NCBI GenBank assembly: GCA_030248215.1
Contig: JASANG010000932.1
Coordinates: 248,001 to 312,000 of the forward strand
Direction of reading: 5' to 3'
Source of the DNA: Enoplolaimus lenunculus
Taxonomy: Eukaryota
DNA length: 64,000 nt
The notes below the pieces were generated by a model. The model searched no databases, was not told the DNA's origin, and was given only the letters and a program-made list of their open reading frames with translations. The position numbers and the translations under genes were made by a program. This document shows, piece after piece, positions 36,061 through 50,500 of this stretch (its first letter is position 1; each line of letters begins with the position of its first letter).

Positions 36061-39039
36061 AATCAACTTGATTTAATATTAAGCAAATCTAGTGATATTA
36101 ACCTAACTTTCTAGATTAACCACAGTGCTCGAATTCGGAATTGACTCTACGTTCGCATGCAGTACCAAACACAAGGTGTTTTTTAATTTTAAGTGAGTTG
36201 AAGACACTTTAACACTACTTCACGTTTAAGCCTAAATTCTACGCTTAGGCTTACAACAAAGCTTGCCTAATATCCGTTAAGATAAACCTAAAGCCTAAAC
36301 ATTTGCCCCTCCGAAGCCCTATTCACACGCACACGTTTTTGCAACAAAAACATGCATGTGCAATATGCAAGCGCAAGTTTGGTCACACAGCAGCTTTGAA
36401 GTCTTGCAGCTACAAATTTTATTTCGGGGGATTTCATGCTATTGAATTTAATTCAGTCAACAAAAACCCTTGTACGCCCCTTCCTGAAAAGTTTTTACCC
36501 CCCAAGCGAGGTGAGCTGGCTACGGGACTGTTGGTCCAGCAACTAGTGACATATTTAGAAAACAATACTAGATATCAACTGCGGTTGAATTCTTTTTCGA
36601 CACCTACGAATGTATCAGCCACGTCCCGCGTCATATTGTTCTACCCGGATGTTACCGGTATCTCGAGGCAACCTTGCCTTTTCGGCACTTTGTCCCCACA
36701 AGTTTAGATTTAGCTTATAAAGAAGCTGTCTAAAATCACAAGCGTTTTCCTATGCCTAAACCTAAGCGTAATAGCAAACCTTAATGGTTGCTTTTTTCAA
36801 AAAAAGCTAAACCTAATCGTAAGCCTTAACCTTAATTGTGGGCGAAAATTGGCAACATACCAAATTCTGTTATCTTTTACCGCCATCAACACTGGTATCG
36901 CTTGAGTTCTCTGAACTCAAGCAAATTGTCAATCTTCTTTGTCAAAATTAAAATATCCCACCCAAGGGAAAGATTGTTTTTTTACTCATTTTATACTTTA
37001 AAATTTAAAAAAAAATATTATTTTACAAATTGAAAAATTTACTCATTTCTCACTTAACCTTGAAAGATAAAAGTTCAGTTAAGACGATGGTAACGTGTGT
37101 TTTTGATGTGAGATAATAAGTTTCTCAGCGACGGGTTTTGTGTTTAAGTTCGTTGCGAATCAGGGGTGCAAAAACGAGCATTTATGCGGAAACTCACAAG
37201 CGAAGCGAACGAGAAGCGAAACGCAATTTTAGCACTGATTTTTAATACAAAATTTTGGTTTTGACCTCTGTTGGCCGACTGAAGCCATGGTGACCTGCCG
37301 ACTCGCGGGTGGGTGCGAATACTGATTTAAGAGAAAATTTCAGTTGTTAGGGGGGATGATTTTGATACTTGCATCGTAATGAATTTTATTTTCTCATATT
37401 TTTGAACAGAATTATTATTTTAAGTAAATTTTTTTGTTGAAAATTGTATAAATTAATTTTGGTCTGAGGTTAATTTTATAAGCTTAATATAAGTTTTGGG
37501 CGGCGGTTGACTCAAATTTCATTATTTCAATGTGTCAAAATATGAAATTTGAGCGGTGTAGAATCTGGTTAACTGTATCACCGTGATTATTGTTCGAGAA
37601 TTTGCCAAAATTATATTTCCGCATCATATTAAAATAATTATAGCGTTTAATACAGAAATAAGAGTCTTTAAATTACACTTGTGAACGATATTCACGCACA
37701 AATGTGCAACTTTCATAAAATCAACGATATTCACGCACAAATGTGCAACTTCATAAAATCCCGTTCGAAAAACTTGCAACTGCAAATAATTCATTAAAAA
37801 TCATAGCTATAAATAATTTAGTTCACATGTGTCAATAACCATGCAAGTTAACTGAATTTATTGCAGCAGCTTTCTCAATGGCTGATGAAAAAATTCAAGT
37901 TCTGCGTGCAATTTCCTGCTGCAAATTCTCTCACCAAAAACTTGCACGTGTGAATAGGGCTTAAGCCAACCAAACAATTCATCTAAAACTGAAGCTTATT
38001 CTTTTCTAGTTCCACAGAAAAACGTTCCACCCCTGATCTTTACATGAGCCGCAAATTGTAAAGTTGAGAATATTGAACGAAAAGTGTTTAGTAAAGGTTT
38101 TATCAAAATTTCAAAATGTTAACACGTTTCTGTAAAACATTAACAACTTCGAAACACAAAAGTGAATAATTTATGAACGGTTGTCTAGTAATTTTAGTAG
38201 ACTTTAAGAGGGCTTGGAGCCGCGTTCTTACAGTTTGATTCATATTCTCGAGTCTGTGTAGTGTCAAGCGTTGATCGGTGATAAATTTGTTGCAGTCCTA
38301 CAGAGCGGCTAAAAGTGTGCGCCGTATAGAACAGGGCCGTAACAGTAGTATAACCATATTCATAAACTTAAATTCATGCAGAAAATTTGGTCTAAAGCTT
38401 AAGCTTACTCTATTGCAGTCCGGCAAAAAACCGTTAATTTGTTAGGACGCATGTTCTTCAATTCCAACTGAAACCAAACGTTTTGTTCTAGTTCCTGTAT
38501 TTACAGTTTGTACCATTTATACATTTCGGTCAAAAATTTTAAAATTCCGCTAATCCACCAATGGTATGAAATAATTAGACCAATTACAATTAAGGATTTA
38601 AATGACAAAACAAAACTGCCCAATTAGAAACGAGTAGTTAGGCGGCATTAAAAAATTTCAGCCAATCACCGGGCAGCATTTATGTATCGTAAATAAACTG
38701 TCCAATTAAACATGAATTAGGAATTTGAAATATTTTCTAGTTCATTTAACACATTAATTAACCATGCAATTATTTGAGTTGTAAAAGTCACTGAGAGAGT
38801 TTATTGCATGCGTTTTACACCGTTTTGTTCCCAAGGTCAGATTTGTCGTTGCATTTTACTCTCACACGGCCAACAACTTATTCGACCAAAATGTTCTGTG
38901 GTGTTGACGAACTCCATTCGAAGAAATTTTACGAGTGAACGAGACTATTTTCACGTGTATAATCAAGCTTTGTGAATATTGTCAGTCTTGGTATGAAAAA
39001 TTGTTGGCCATTCTAGAAAATTTTTAACCTTGCTTGTAC

Positions 39040-39352
39040 CAAGAATGGATGACAAATAAACAAGAGTATGCAACTGGACACATTCGGTGTAGAAAAGAAT
39101 GCACCCGGCACGCGTTGCGGTTTCGGCCGAGCCCATTTTAATTTAGAGGAAGGTGCAACCGGTGCGAACCAAGACACTTTATGTATCTGGCAACAAATTG
39201 ATCCGCTTATAATTTAGGGTTATTGCATGTGAGAGCGACCCCTCGTTTAAACGAAGGGGGAGGGGGGGTCGGCAAAATCCCAACGCCTGGTGGTACATTT
39301 TGTACCATGCGAAACTGCAAGAGTTGCACACTCTTGAGATTATGCACTCTTG
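39040..39352. mobile_element. Family F (P-like) MITE
   Basis: Perfect 7-bp TSD CTTGTAC; CAAG...CTTG termini. Confidence 0.88.
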
Positions 39353-42300
39353 CTTGTACTAAGTTATAGGAAATTGTTGTATGCTTCTATTGAAAATCTT
39401 ATTAATGTAATTGCGTATGTTGTATATGCACCAGGACATACATGTTTCACATGCTTACAAATATGTTACAAGTCTGTTAATGTGATTTTCACCTGTTTCT
39501 TACGAAATTTCGGAAGCCCATATAACCCCCCCGTCAAAGTGGCACCCGAATGAGATATTGACCGAGAGACAAAGTACACGTTGCAAACGTATTTCATGAA
39601 TAAGTGAAGATTTTATGTTCAAAGCCCGTATTCTCAAATGTGTATAGCACCTATTACAAGTTGGTGATAGGTCTTATAGCCTTTGAACCAGGCAATGTTT
39701 AGTTTTGAAATTCCGCACATTTATTGCTTTCGATGTTTTCCTACTTCTGTGTATATATTGAGATCTGCAATTGCAGCAGTTTGTTCGTTTGAAAACGTAT
39801 TACTAACTGGTGATAGGTGCTATATGCATTTGAAAATATGGGCCCAGATTTAAGTCTAAATATTGCGTTTGTTTTTATCAGTTTTATCAAGAATTGCCTG
39901 AGTATCTCAGACCTTTTTAGTGGCGTGCCTACATCTGTGGCCTGGCCCTGGAGGAGCAGTCAGCCCCATACCCCATCGGTGCCAGAGTAGCCAGCTCCAT
40001 GCCCCCATCAGTGCCGGAGAAGACAGGGGTAGAGGCTTCCCCCAAACTCGCGAGCGAGAAGCCAAACGCATCTTAAACCTTCGGCGTTTTTGGTTCAACC
40101 GGTTAGGGTGGGGGCCGTTTAGGGGTTGTGCCAACCGAATGGGGGTATAGGATGTGGCTGCTCCGGCCCTGTCCCCCATTTGGGGAGGTCATCCGCAACG
40201 AAATGCCCCATCCTGACAAAATTGCGCACAAAAAATAGCCGTTAATATTCATTAGAATTTGAAAAGTATTTTAATCATCGCGAGGGTACCCCCCTCGGGT
40301 AGGGTACCCTAGCCTCCTCCGGCACTGACCATTAGGGTCGAAGCATATGTGTCCACCCCCTGCCACACTGGTGGTCCCAGAAGTTGTTTTGCGGAGAGGC
40401 GTTTATTTTTTTTGGAAATCAGATACGAATTTTTCTAATTTTGTCATTTTTGCTCGTAAAAATTAGCTGTATGCAAATCGAACTTAGATGATTTACATAT
40501 AAAACACGCGTTAAAATTGTTAATAACAACACGAGTTCCTGTTCAGCCCACCCGTCGGCTCTTGGAATCATATTGAACAAAGCTTCGGCCCATGTAAGGA
40601 TCAGGGACGGGACGTTTTTCTGCGGGACTGCAATAGAATAAGCTTAAGTTTTAGACTACTTTATGTATGGCATAGGTTTAGGCTTAGGCTTAGGCTTAGT
40701 AATATGTTTATAATAGTGTTCCGCCCCTGTTCTTTACATTGGCCTATGCTTCTATGAAGTTTCACTTGACCCGTGGCAATTCCTTTTAAATCCTACTTTA
40801 CATTTCCGTCATCTGATATCACTGCCTATAATCATGCAACTATAATTGAGTTGTCATGAGTTGAAAACCACGGTTAGCTCGAACTGACCTTGAAGGGGTG
40901 ACAGCATTTGCACCCCCTGAGCAATTCATTCACCAGATAGTATTATTTAAAAACTAATACGGCTCACAACGTAACCCCATATTTCGTGGGACGAAATATT
41001 AAAACAATGCCCTGGCCCCACCTGCGGTAAAGGCGTTTGAACTGAAACTGGTTTTAGTGACCACTGTCCAAAATATGATCTGGTTATAAACCAGAAATGT
41101 CTCCAGGGGTTTTCTGATGAAACCATGAGCCAGTTGTGTTCAGCCTACGAGAGCGATAGTGGACACAAGTCTTGGACTGGTTAGAACGCATATTTTAGGT
41201 CAAATATTAGTAACGTGTTGTTATGGTCCATTCCTAAAATAGTTCCTTATTCTTATTGGTACATAGAACGAGCGTACAGAGTTACTTATAGCATTGTTTG
41301 CGCTTAGCGGGCCGTAGTCAGGGGCGAACACAAGGGGTCAGCCCCCCCGGAAATCTTTTGAATCCCCGTAGAAAATTGTCAACCTTGCATGTAAGTCATT
41401 AAAAACCATTGAATGCCCCTCCTGAAAAATTTTCAGTCGCCCCTAGCAAGGTGAGCTGGTTATAGTCCTGGCATTTAATCTATCTTAGTCGCTTTGGTTC
41501 GAAGAATAGTAACAGTTGTGATTTTAAGCTAAGCTTATTTTATCAATTATCGATTTGTAATTTTATTAATTTGCTAAAAATAAAAACCTAAAATGTCGAG
41601 TTCGAGTCCGTTTTGAACATCTCTAAATCATGCCAGGATTCCTAAGCCTAAGCCTAAGCGTAAGAATGGGCATATTCTTAATCGTGAGCGTAAGCCTAAG
41701 TCTAGCAAAAAATTTAGTCTAAATCTTAAGCTTATTATATTCTAGGCCAGCGAGTCGAACCTTGGTTCTAGTTTAAGCTTTTAATTTTGAGCCGTATACT
41801 AACTTTGAGTAGCACCAGTTCGCCGGCAACCATCCTGAAATTTGGGGAAGCCCCCACACCTGCATGCTCCGACACTGTCTTAGTCCACAAACACGTGTGG
41901 TTAGGCATGCTGGATCGCTGGTTGATTTGGCCATTTTCGTTCAAATTACAACACTGTAAATTCCAGTGAGTTGATTTTAACTCAGAATAAGTTGAATCCA
42001 CTAAAAGAAGTACGAGCTGTGAATAGAGCTCTATTTGGTACTGCTTAACTCAGTATTACTTAGCGGTATTGGTTGCGAAATATGAGACTTTGCGAAAAGT
42101 TTGCATGACTGCGTAGATCAGCGGTTAGAGCAGCGGACCGGTAATCCGTACGTCATGAGTTCGAGTTCCACCGCATCCGCAGCAAAATTTTCATGAAGGG
42201 CTCTATATGGTACTACTTAAGTTAGAATTAGATCTTTCAGAACTCAAAATTTTGAAATGTTTGAACTAAATCCGAGCGAATTAATCAACTCAACCGAAAT

Positions 42301-43104
42301 TGAATCAGCTCAGTATAAGTTAGTATTTACTGCTGTTAACTCGGAAATAACCAGAAATAACTAATTCTCTCTCTAATTTGATTAATCAAGCCTATGGAAT
42401 TTACAGTGAGCTAATGCGAAAAACCGTTTATGTTGCAAGCAACCAGCACTTGCTAAATGTAAATTGCTTAAATTTTCTGTTCAATCTTCTCTAAATTTAA
42501 TTTGCGAAAGTTTTTGCGGCGGGGTCGAGTGTCCCCCGTAAACCAGTATTGCTTATACATCACTTAAATTCAAGGAATTGTAAATTTTTTAGATGTATTT
42601 GACGAACAAATTTGGCCAATGTAAATGACAGGGCGGAACAGCATTATAAGCATACTCCTAAGTCTAAACCTAAGCCTAAACGTAAGAATGAGCATATTCC
42701 TAAACCTAAGCCTAAACGTAATCCAAGCAAAAAAATTAGTCTAAAGCTTAAGCTTACTCTATTGCAGTCCCACACAAAAACGTTCCGTTCCTGATCTTTA
42801 CATTTTTCAAATTTTGTATTCATGAATTGCGATTTACAATTGATTTTTCTGCATGACAATTCGGTTGTGTCTTGTTCGCCTCAAGAATTAATAAATATTT
42901 CCATGAATTTTTGACACCAAAAATTTCGGACACAAATGCGAAATTTTTAAATATTTTAAATTAATTTTTAAATATTGTAAATTCTGGAAAAAACTATGAG
43001 TGATCGACTTATGAGAGCTGTTAGAATTTCAGAGACGAGGGCAGTCAAGCGTGTTGCATATCAACGCTGTCAGTGTGCAGCGGAGCAATGAGTTTTGTTG
43101 GTTT

Positions 43105-43585
43105 TAGGCCCAATTAATTCTAATTTTTGGCCCTAAATTCTAAGTTGTTTGCCCTATTTTTTGGTCCTAAATAATTCTAAATTTTTCGGCCCTAAATTGT
43201 AAATTTTTTGGCCCTATTTTTTGGTCCTAAATAATTCTAAATTTTTTGGCCCTATTTTTTGGTCCTAAATAATTCTAAATTTTTTGGCCCTATTTTTTGG
43301 TCCTAAATAATTCTAAATTTTTTGGCCCTATTTTTTGGTCCTAAATAATTCTAAATTTTTTGGCCCTAAATTCTAAATTTTTTGGCCCTATTTTTTGGTC
43401 CTAAATAATTCTAAATTTTTTGGCCCTATTTTTTGGTCCTAAATAATTCTAAATTTTTTGGCCCTATTTTTTTGGTCCTAAATAATTCTAAATTTTTTGG
43501 CCCTAAATTCTATATTTTTTGGCCCTATTTTTTGGTCCTAAATAATTCTAAATTTTTTGGCCCTATTTTTTGGTCCTAATTAATT
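43105..43585. repeat. AT-rich ~20/40-bp minisatellite
   Basis: Units of GGCCCTATTTTTTGGTCCTAAATAATTCTAAATTTTTT. Confidence 0.9.
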
Positions 43586-43594
43586 ATATATAAC

Positions 43595-44235
43595 GGTCTG
43601 ACGATTGAGACATTAAGACTGGTGAAACTAATACAGTGGCATTAAACTAATTGTCTAGATGAACTACACTAACAGGTAGATTCACGTTTAAACTAATCTA
43701 AAATCTTACATATTTTTAGTTTAAACAAAACTTAATGAATACTTAGATACACGTAATTTCTGCGCTGCGCTTGTTACTTAAACCAAAAATAAGTTTAACT
43801 AATAATATCGCGTTAAACTGAAAAATATCTTAGTCTCAGTTAAACTTGGAATTCTAGTTTAGTTAGTCCGTCCAGTCATTTAAGTTTTACTTAAACTAAT
43901 ATTCAAGCTTAGTTAAGCTTTAATTTAAGTTTAAGTTTTAAGTACTCAACTAAACTTGATTATCAGTTTAAGTAAAACTTCAATGGCTGGATGGACTAAC
44001 TAAACTAGAATTTTAAGTTATACTTAAACTAACGTATTGTTAAGTTTAACACGAGATTAAGAAAGCTTATTTTTAGCTTAAGACACAAGAGCAGCCGTGT
44101 AAGTTTAGCTAAAACTGAAAATATGTCAAATTTCAAATGAGTTTAAGCGTAAACGTACCTGTTAGTTTAGTTAATCTAAAAAGTTAGTCCAATACTGGTG
44201 GATTAGCTTAACCTTAAATCTAGTTAGTTTAAGCA
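43595..44235. mobile_element. ~640-bp imperfect foldback element
   Basis: Mirror arms, e.g. CTAGTTTAGTTAGTCCGTCCAGTCATT (~43855) vs AATGGCTGGATGGACTAACTAAACTAG (~43982), and CTAACAGGTA vs TACCTGTTAG; centre ~43925. Confidence 0.75.
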
Positions 44236-45011
44236 TTTAAGGAGTATGAGATTGAGAAGCTTTAGGCTTAGGCTTTGGTCTACGTGCATGTTTAAATTTA
44301 GGTTTAGGCTTTGGCTTAGTACCTAAGCCGCTATAGTTATCATGGACCATTTTTTCGTCTAGCTAGTACTTCTTAGGCTTGATAAGTGGCTGTCACAGAA
44401 AATTAGTGTATATATTCTACTGGGAAACTATACATACATATATAAATATATATGTATATATACGCTCAGTTGAAGAATCGTTCGATAAACCGGAAAAAAG
44501 CATAATTTTGGTTAATCAATTTTGGTTTGCCAGAGCCTAATCACACAACGTCATCGTCAGAAAAGATATATTTGTCCCGTGGGTCAAAGTCTTATTTGAT
44601 TCTGCTTCCAAAATTTTGGAATATACCCGATTTGTTAATACCAGCTATAGACAGCTCGACCCATGTAAAGATCACGGGCGGAACGTTTTTCTGTGGGACT
44701 GCAATAGAGTACGCTTTCTTTAGACCAATTTCTTTGCTTGGCTTAGGCTTAGGCTTAGGAATATGCTCATTTTTACGTTTAGGCTTAGGATTTGTGTTAG
44801 GAATAGGCTCATTCTTACATTTAAGCTTAGGTTTATGCTTTAGGCTTAGGCTTAGCAATACGCTTATAATACTGTTCCACCCCTTGTTCTTGCCCGACAG
44901 CTCAGATAATATTGTTTTATAGGGTTGTCAGAACTGCACGGTCGGGACGACCCCTTCCTCCGAAGTACTGCGAATATATTTGAATTTTCTCCTAAATTTC
45001 TCCGAAAGATA

Positions 45012-45084
45012 TGGTCACGCCGGGAATCGAACCTTGGACCTCTCGCTCGCGAGTCAAGCGCGCTACCCATTACACCACGCGGCC
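45012..45084 (-). tRNA. tRNA-Ala(CGC)-like pseudogene or SINE head
   Basis: GGCCGCGTGGTGTAATGGGTAGCGCGCTTGACTCGCGAGCGAGAGGTCCAAGGTTCGATTCCCGGCGTGACCA: cloverleaf spacing, A/B boxes and CGC anticodon, but mismatches in the acceptor, anticodon and T stems. Confidence 0.55.
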
Positions 45085-45608
45085 GATCTCATAATTTCTT
45101 GTGGTGGTATATGTGCACGAGTATGTATATTCTTAACATTACACACTCTGCACATACACAAGCCGCGTATACCCACATGGGTAATTACCGTTTTTTCACA
45201 ACTCACAGGGTAAGAATAAGCTTAGACTTTAGACTAATTTCTACGCACACATCCTCCATATTTAACGTTAAGGCTCCTACTTAAGGTCGCAGCTTAAGCT
45301 TGCGCAACCCGACCCGTGCTTTACCCACACAAACAAGAACTTTTTACCCGCGGGTGGGTGCACCCGCGCAAAAAAGATCTACCCACAACCCACCTTTTAC
45401 CCGTGCCTGAAGTCAAATCAGTATTTTAACGATCGCTGGCGATTCGCGATTTAATGAAGTTTTGCGATTCAGCTTCAATGAATTTTACAAATCAAATTTT
45501 ACCCGCGGGTAATGTTCCACTCTGATCTTCGACATATCTTCCAGATACTTAGTCGTCAAAGCTAATTGTATTACGCTTTTAATTTGATTAATATTTTATA
45601 GGAAAATC

Positions 45609-45799
45609 GGCCAATGTTACTTTAAGAGGCGTAACAGTACATTAAGCGTATTCCTTAGCCTAAACGTAAGCCTAAGCGTTGCAAAAATGTGTTCCTAAGC
45701 CTAAGAATAAGCCGAAGCAAAAAAATGTAATATAGAATCTAAACCTAATCTTTTATGGACCCACCAGAAACCTGGAGGCCCCTTAAAGTAACATGGGCC
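45609..45799 (-). mobile_element. TTAGGC-bearing MITE family B (8-bp TSD)
   Basis: TIR GGCC(A/C)ATGTTACTTTAAG(A/G)GGC; TSD GGAAAATC/GGAAAATT. Confidence 0.88.
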
Positions 45800-47598
45800 G
45801 GAAAATTTTAAGAGAATACAGAACTAAACAGTATCTCAAAATACAATGTTGATCCTGAAAATTTATACGGTTGTCTTCTCAAAGTTTAATCTTAATCTAA
45901 AGTCTATGACGGTCTATTATATTTAGGCTTTACAAATCAAAATAGGCTTATTAAAGTTTAAAATAAGGATATTTTTGGCTTGTTTGCGTACCGGAATTTC
46001 GAATGAAAGCTAATTATTTTGGCCAAAAATTGCTTGTTTACCGGTCGAATTATCTTAAATTCAGCTTAAATTTAAAATTGGAATTTTCTTAACATATACA
46101 GAATTCATAAGCTTGCGTTTGTACACTGTCTGTATGTGTTGACCGTATGTGCAGTGGTGTTAAGCTAAACAAAGAGCGGATCCAGGGGGGAATGGGGTGA
46201 TGCATCCCCACACCGTCGGCTGAGTGTAAATTTTTTAGGGTTACAATTAAACTTACATTGCAAATTTTTGTTTCGATATCTAAAAATTTCACAGTTGTTT
46301 AGCGAACCTTAGCCCAAATCTAAACTTGTGAATAGCTTAAGCTTTTGGCAAATCGGGATATTATACCCGGGACTTTAAGATTTTGGGTAATTGGGATATA
46401 ACTCAGGAAATTTGGAGGAACGTGTTCCTTACATGCGCCAGGGTTTGAGTGACTTGTGTCTGTTTTTATATGCATAAAAATATGTATGAACATGTGCCAA
46501 AACTTAACAATTTCCACTTGGGCATCGCCCCCACCAGAAATTTCTGGATCCGCCACTGGAGCAAGCAAAGTTATCAAAACGTCAGACGTATTTTACGTTT
46601 GGCCAATGTTTATCTTGAAGTGCGTAACAGTAGTATAAAACATATTTCTGAGCCAAAACCAAAGCCTAAACCTAAACGTAAGAAAATGTGAATAAAGCTC
46701 AAACCTAAAAATGTCAGTATCAGTGTTCCGATAAGTCTATAACCAAGGTTAAGGTTCAGCTTAAGCCTATGTCTAAGCAAGAAAGTCTAAAATGTCCCAT
46801 CACAATAATCTGAGCCTTGTTTTTAGGCAATTAGCTGTCAAAACAGGCTACAATTTGAGACAAAAATATTACTAGCAGTATGAACGACAGGGCAGATGCT
46901 ATTTTTATGGTCAATTACAATATTTAACCAAATCTTACTGACTTTGGATTAAAGAACCAGATTAGGTTTGAAACCATACAATAGTAACCGTGTTTTCGTT
47001 TGGCTAAATCATGGTTGGGTTTAGGCAAACAAGCTTCGAATATGCACTTTTATAATTAGTTGTAGGCTGCTTAGTTGTTAAAGCACTGTAAATTATAATG
47101 AGTTGATTAATCAATTAGAGAGAGAATTAGTTATTTCTGGCTATTTCTGAGTTGATAACAGTATTGATATATAACTCACTCTGAGTTGACTTAATTCCGG
47201 CCGAGTTGACAAATTAACTCAGGATGCTGTTCAATCAATTCCGAATTCTGAGTTCTGAATCACTTAACTCTCAGAGCTCAGATTTGTGAGTGGATTCGAC
47301 TCATTCTGAGTTAAAATCAACTCACTGGAATTTACAGCGAGGGGTACGGTGGCAAAAAAGTGTTACAAGGGCCATGCGAAGACTTCTAATACGAATGGGG
47401 TAAAAGTATTCGATTGGCCCTATTTTAAGGGGGCTAAGTTCCAACTGATGGACACTCCTTTTGCTCCGGACTTGAGTCGTAGATAGCCATTATTGTGGTT
47501 CGTTGGAAACGTGCGTGTACTGTTTTTATATGCCCAAATCTTGGTTGTCCAAAATAATTATTTTTTAAATTTGCAGATTTATTACTAAAATCAAATTA

Positions 47599-50500
47599 AT
47601 GAATATTAATTTCGTAATTATCGCTGCTATTGGCAGTTTGCTGGCATCACAATCATCACGTCATCAAGTACTTAGCCAGACGTATCTAAAAAATGACGTC
47701 ATACCATTAAACAGCGACACAAGTGTCAACGAAAAAATTGGCAACACTAACCAAACAGTGATGTCACTCAACAATCACATGACGTCACGCGACAATATAA
47801 TGACGTTGCCCACTGATATGTTACCTGACAGGGATACAATGTTACGTTACGGTCACACGTCACGCGGCAATGACATGACGTCACCTGATGCCACTGTAAC
47901 GTCATCGATATCGTGGCGTCCATCGATCTGTCCACAACGATGCGTCTGCGAATTACGTCGCGTCGACACAACGTTCCCAGCGTCACGCTTGAAGACTGTC
48001 GACTGTACCAGACAGCGACTGTCGCAAGTGCCAGCGTTGTTGCCGCGTGACACTCAACGACTGTTGTTATCCGGTAACCGGATCCGACAAGTCCCTGCGA
48101 CGCGTCTTCAGTTGCCTGAGCTGTTCGAATTGGATTTGAGCGATAATTTAGTACGATCGCTTGGACGTCGAAGCGAGTTCGAGGGTGCGTTCAAGTTGCA
48201 CGTTCTGTCGTTGGCTGGCAATCGTTTATCGCATTTAGGCAACAATGTGTTTCAGGTTAGTAGGCACCTTTGGCACATACGTCGTTTTTTGAGGAAGTGG
48301 ATATTTCCACACGTAGTTTGTACAGCACACACTTGTACTTAGGTTTCTGCGCTCTGCTATACGGTTGAACCATAATTAATCATTGCAATGTTGGTTTTCA
48401 AAAGTTGCGCTGAGTTTGTTTTGAATTTGAAACTCAACGAAAAGATACACTGTGAATTCCAATGAGTTGATTAATTAATTCCGCTAGTGAGTTGATTATT
48501 TCTGAATTAGTATCAGTAAACATAAACTCACTATGAGTTGATTTCATTCTCAAGCTGAGTTGAGTTGACTCTGGGTGAGTTGGTTAATTAACTCAAAATA
48601 AAGTGAATCAACTCAAAATTATGAGTTCTGATTGTCCTAGCTCAGACTGAGTGATTCAACTCATTCTGAGTTAAAATCAACTCACTGAAATTTACAGTAT
48701 AACGCTTTTGAATCTCGAAACGCTAGTTTCAATTCGTTCAATATAATCAAGGATAGCATTGAATTATTAACAGTTAGGTGACACTATAGTTGTCGCGCGG
48801 TGCCGGATGCCCGTACGATACCGGACAGTGATGGATGGCACCGGATGGCGCCGGATGATGTCAAAGGTATTGCTTCATCCTTAGTTTGGTGATATGTTCG
48901 CTTTTGTGTCGTGGTTCGTAAAAGGGGGTCCAGTTTGAAAACATTGGCGCATGCATTGGCACCGATATTTTATTCTTATATTTCTTGAAATCCTAATAAA
49001 CAATTTATTTTTATCATTAGTGTATAATACAAGAGTATGCAACTTTTGGAGTTCCGCATGTTACAAAATATGCCCACCGGGCGTTGCGTTTTAGACCGAC
49101 CCCCAATTTTTTAGAGTGGGGTCGCTATCACATGCAATACTTTTCAATTTAATTATAAGCACAGCGTTTTTTGATGCCGGATACATAAAGTGCCATGGTT
49201 CGTACAGGTTGTACCATCAAATAAACGGGTGCAGGCCAAATACGCAACGTGTGCCGGGTAACATTGTTTTCAACACAGAATATACTCAGTTGCATGCTCT
49301 TGTTGAAGTATGTGTCATCCATTTTTATTAATAGTGAGTACAATTAATTCGACAAAATGTGTAATTTTAAAGCTGTATTTGTGAACTAAACTACATCAAA
49401 CCTTACGCTCCATGGCCAGAACGTCCTTGAGGCCGGCCACATTTGGTTTGGGACGCCATCCCGTTGTGCTTGGTACTTGGTTTAGTTCTTGTTTTTTTGT
49501 TCAAATTTAAGGGATTATTCAACTTGCAATCACTGGATTTGTCTAGCAATCGTTTGTCAGCGATTGCAAACTCTGCCCTGAACGGTTTGGCGAAATTGGA
49601 AACGCTTCGGCTGTCAGGCAACAAAATCACCTTTATCCAGTCGTCGTGGTGGTCACCGGTCGCTCGAACGCTATTCGAATTAAGCATCGATCACAACTAT
49701 TTGTCGCTTCTACCCAGCGGATCGTTTGATCCCCTGCATAGACTGATTTATCTCGACTTATCGTCAAACAAGCTGTTCCGAATCCACCCCGAAGCGTTTT
49801 ACCCTTTGCATCGTTTAGAATATCTTGATCTTCATAGCAATCAATTAGACACGTTGCCAGCGTCATCGTTGTTCCCAGTTGCATCGACCTTGAAATCGCT
49901 AAATTTAGCCAATAATCCTCTGCCCAGCATTCCGTCAAAGTCATTGGTCAGATTTGAAAATCTAAAAGATTTAACAATTTCACACATGCCTCGGTTATCG
50001 TCCGTTGATCGAAACGCGTTAGAAGACTTACCAGCTCTTATGGTCCTTTCTGTCCACGATAATCCTAATTTATCGTTTGTCCACCCACAGGCTATTGCCG
50101 CCGCGCCGAGTTTGGTCAGTCTTCAGCTTCACAATAACAATTTGACGACCCTCGATGAAAGCATGGTACAATCACTGACCGCTACAGCGTCACCCCTGAA
50201 AGAGGAGAATACACTTCGTGTCAGTCTTTATGGTAATCCGATTTGGTGTGACTGTAATATGAAATGGTTGATTCGATCAATACAACAACAACAACAACAG
50301 CAACGACAGCAGCAGCAACAACAAGAACAACAACAACAACAAAAACAACAACAGCAAAAAGACATTGACAAATGGAAAAACCCACATCCTTCGGATACAA
50401 AATCTCTCAACATCAAACGCTTTGAACTACAAGATGCCAATCGACTTGTTTGCGACGCGCCGGATCCGGAACGATTTAAATTGCTGTCGGCGATCGATCA

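Noticed and set aside
39907..40380. GC-rich island with ORFs on both strands
   Set aside because: No recognisable protein; bounded in part by an inverted repeat TCAGTGCCGGAG/CTCCGGCACTGA, so probably a transposon relic, but no TSD could be confirmed.
49443..49511. Hydrophobic N-terminus of the 780-aa ORF as a signal peptide
   Set aside because: It is the polypyrimidine tract of the intron with a non-ATG start; the LRR register continues from exon 47599-48255.
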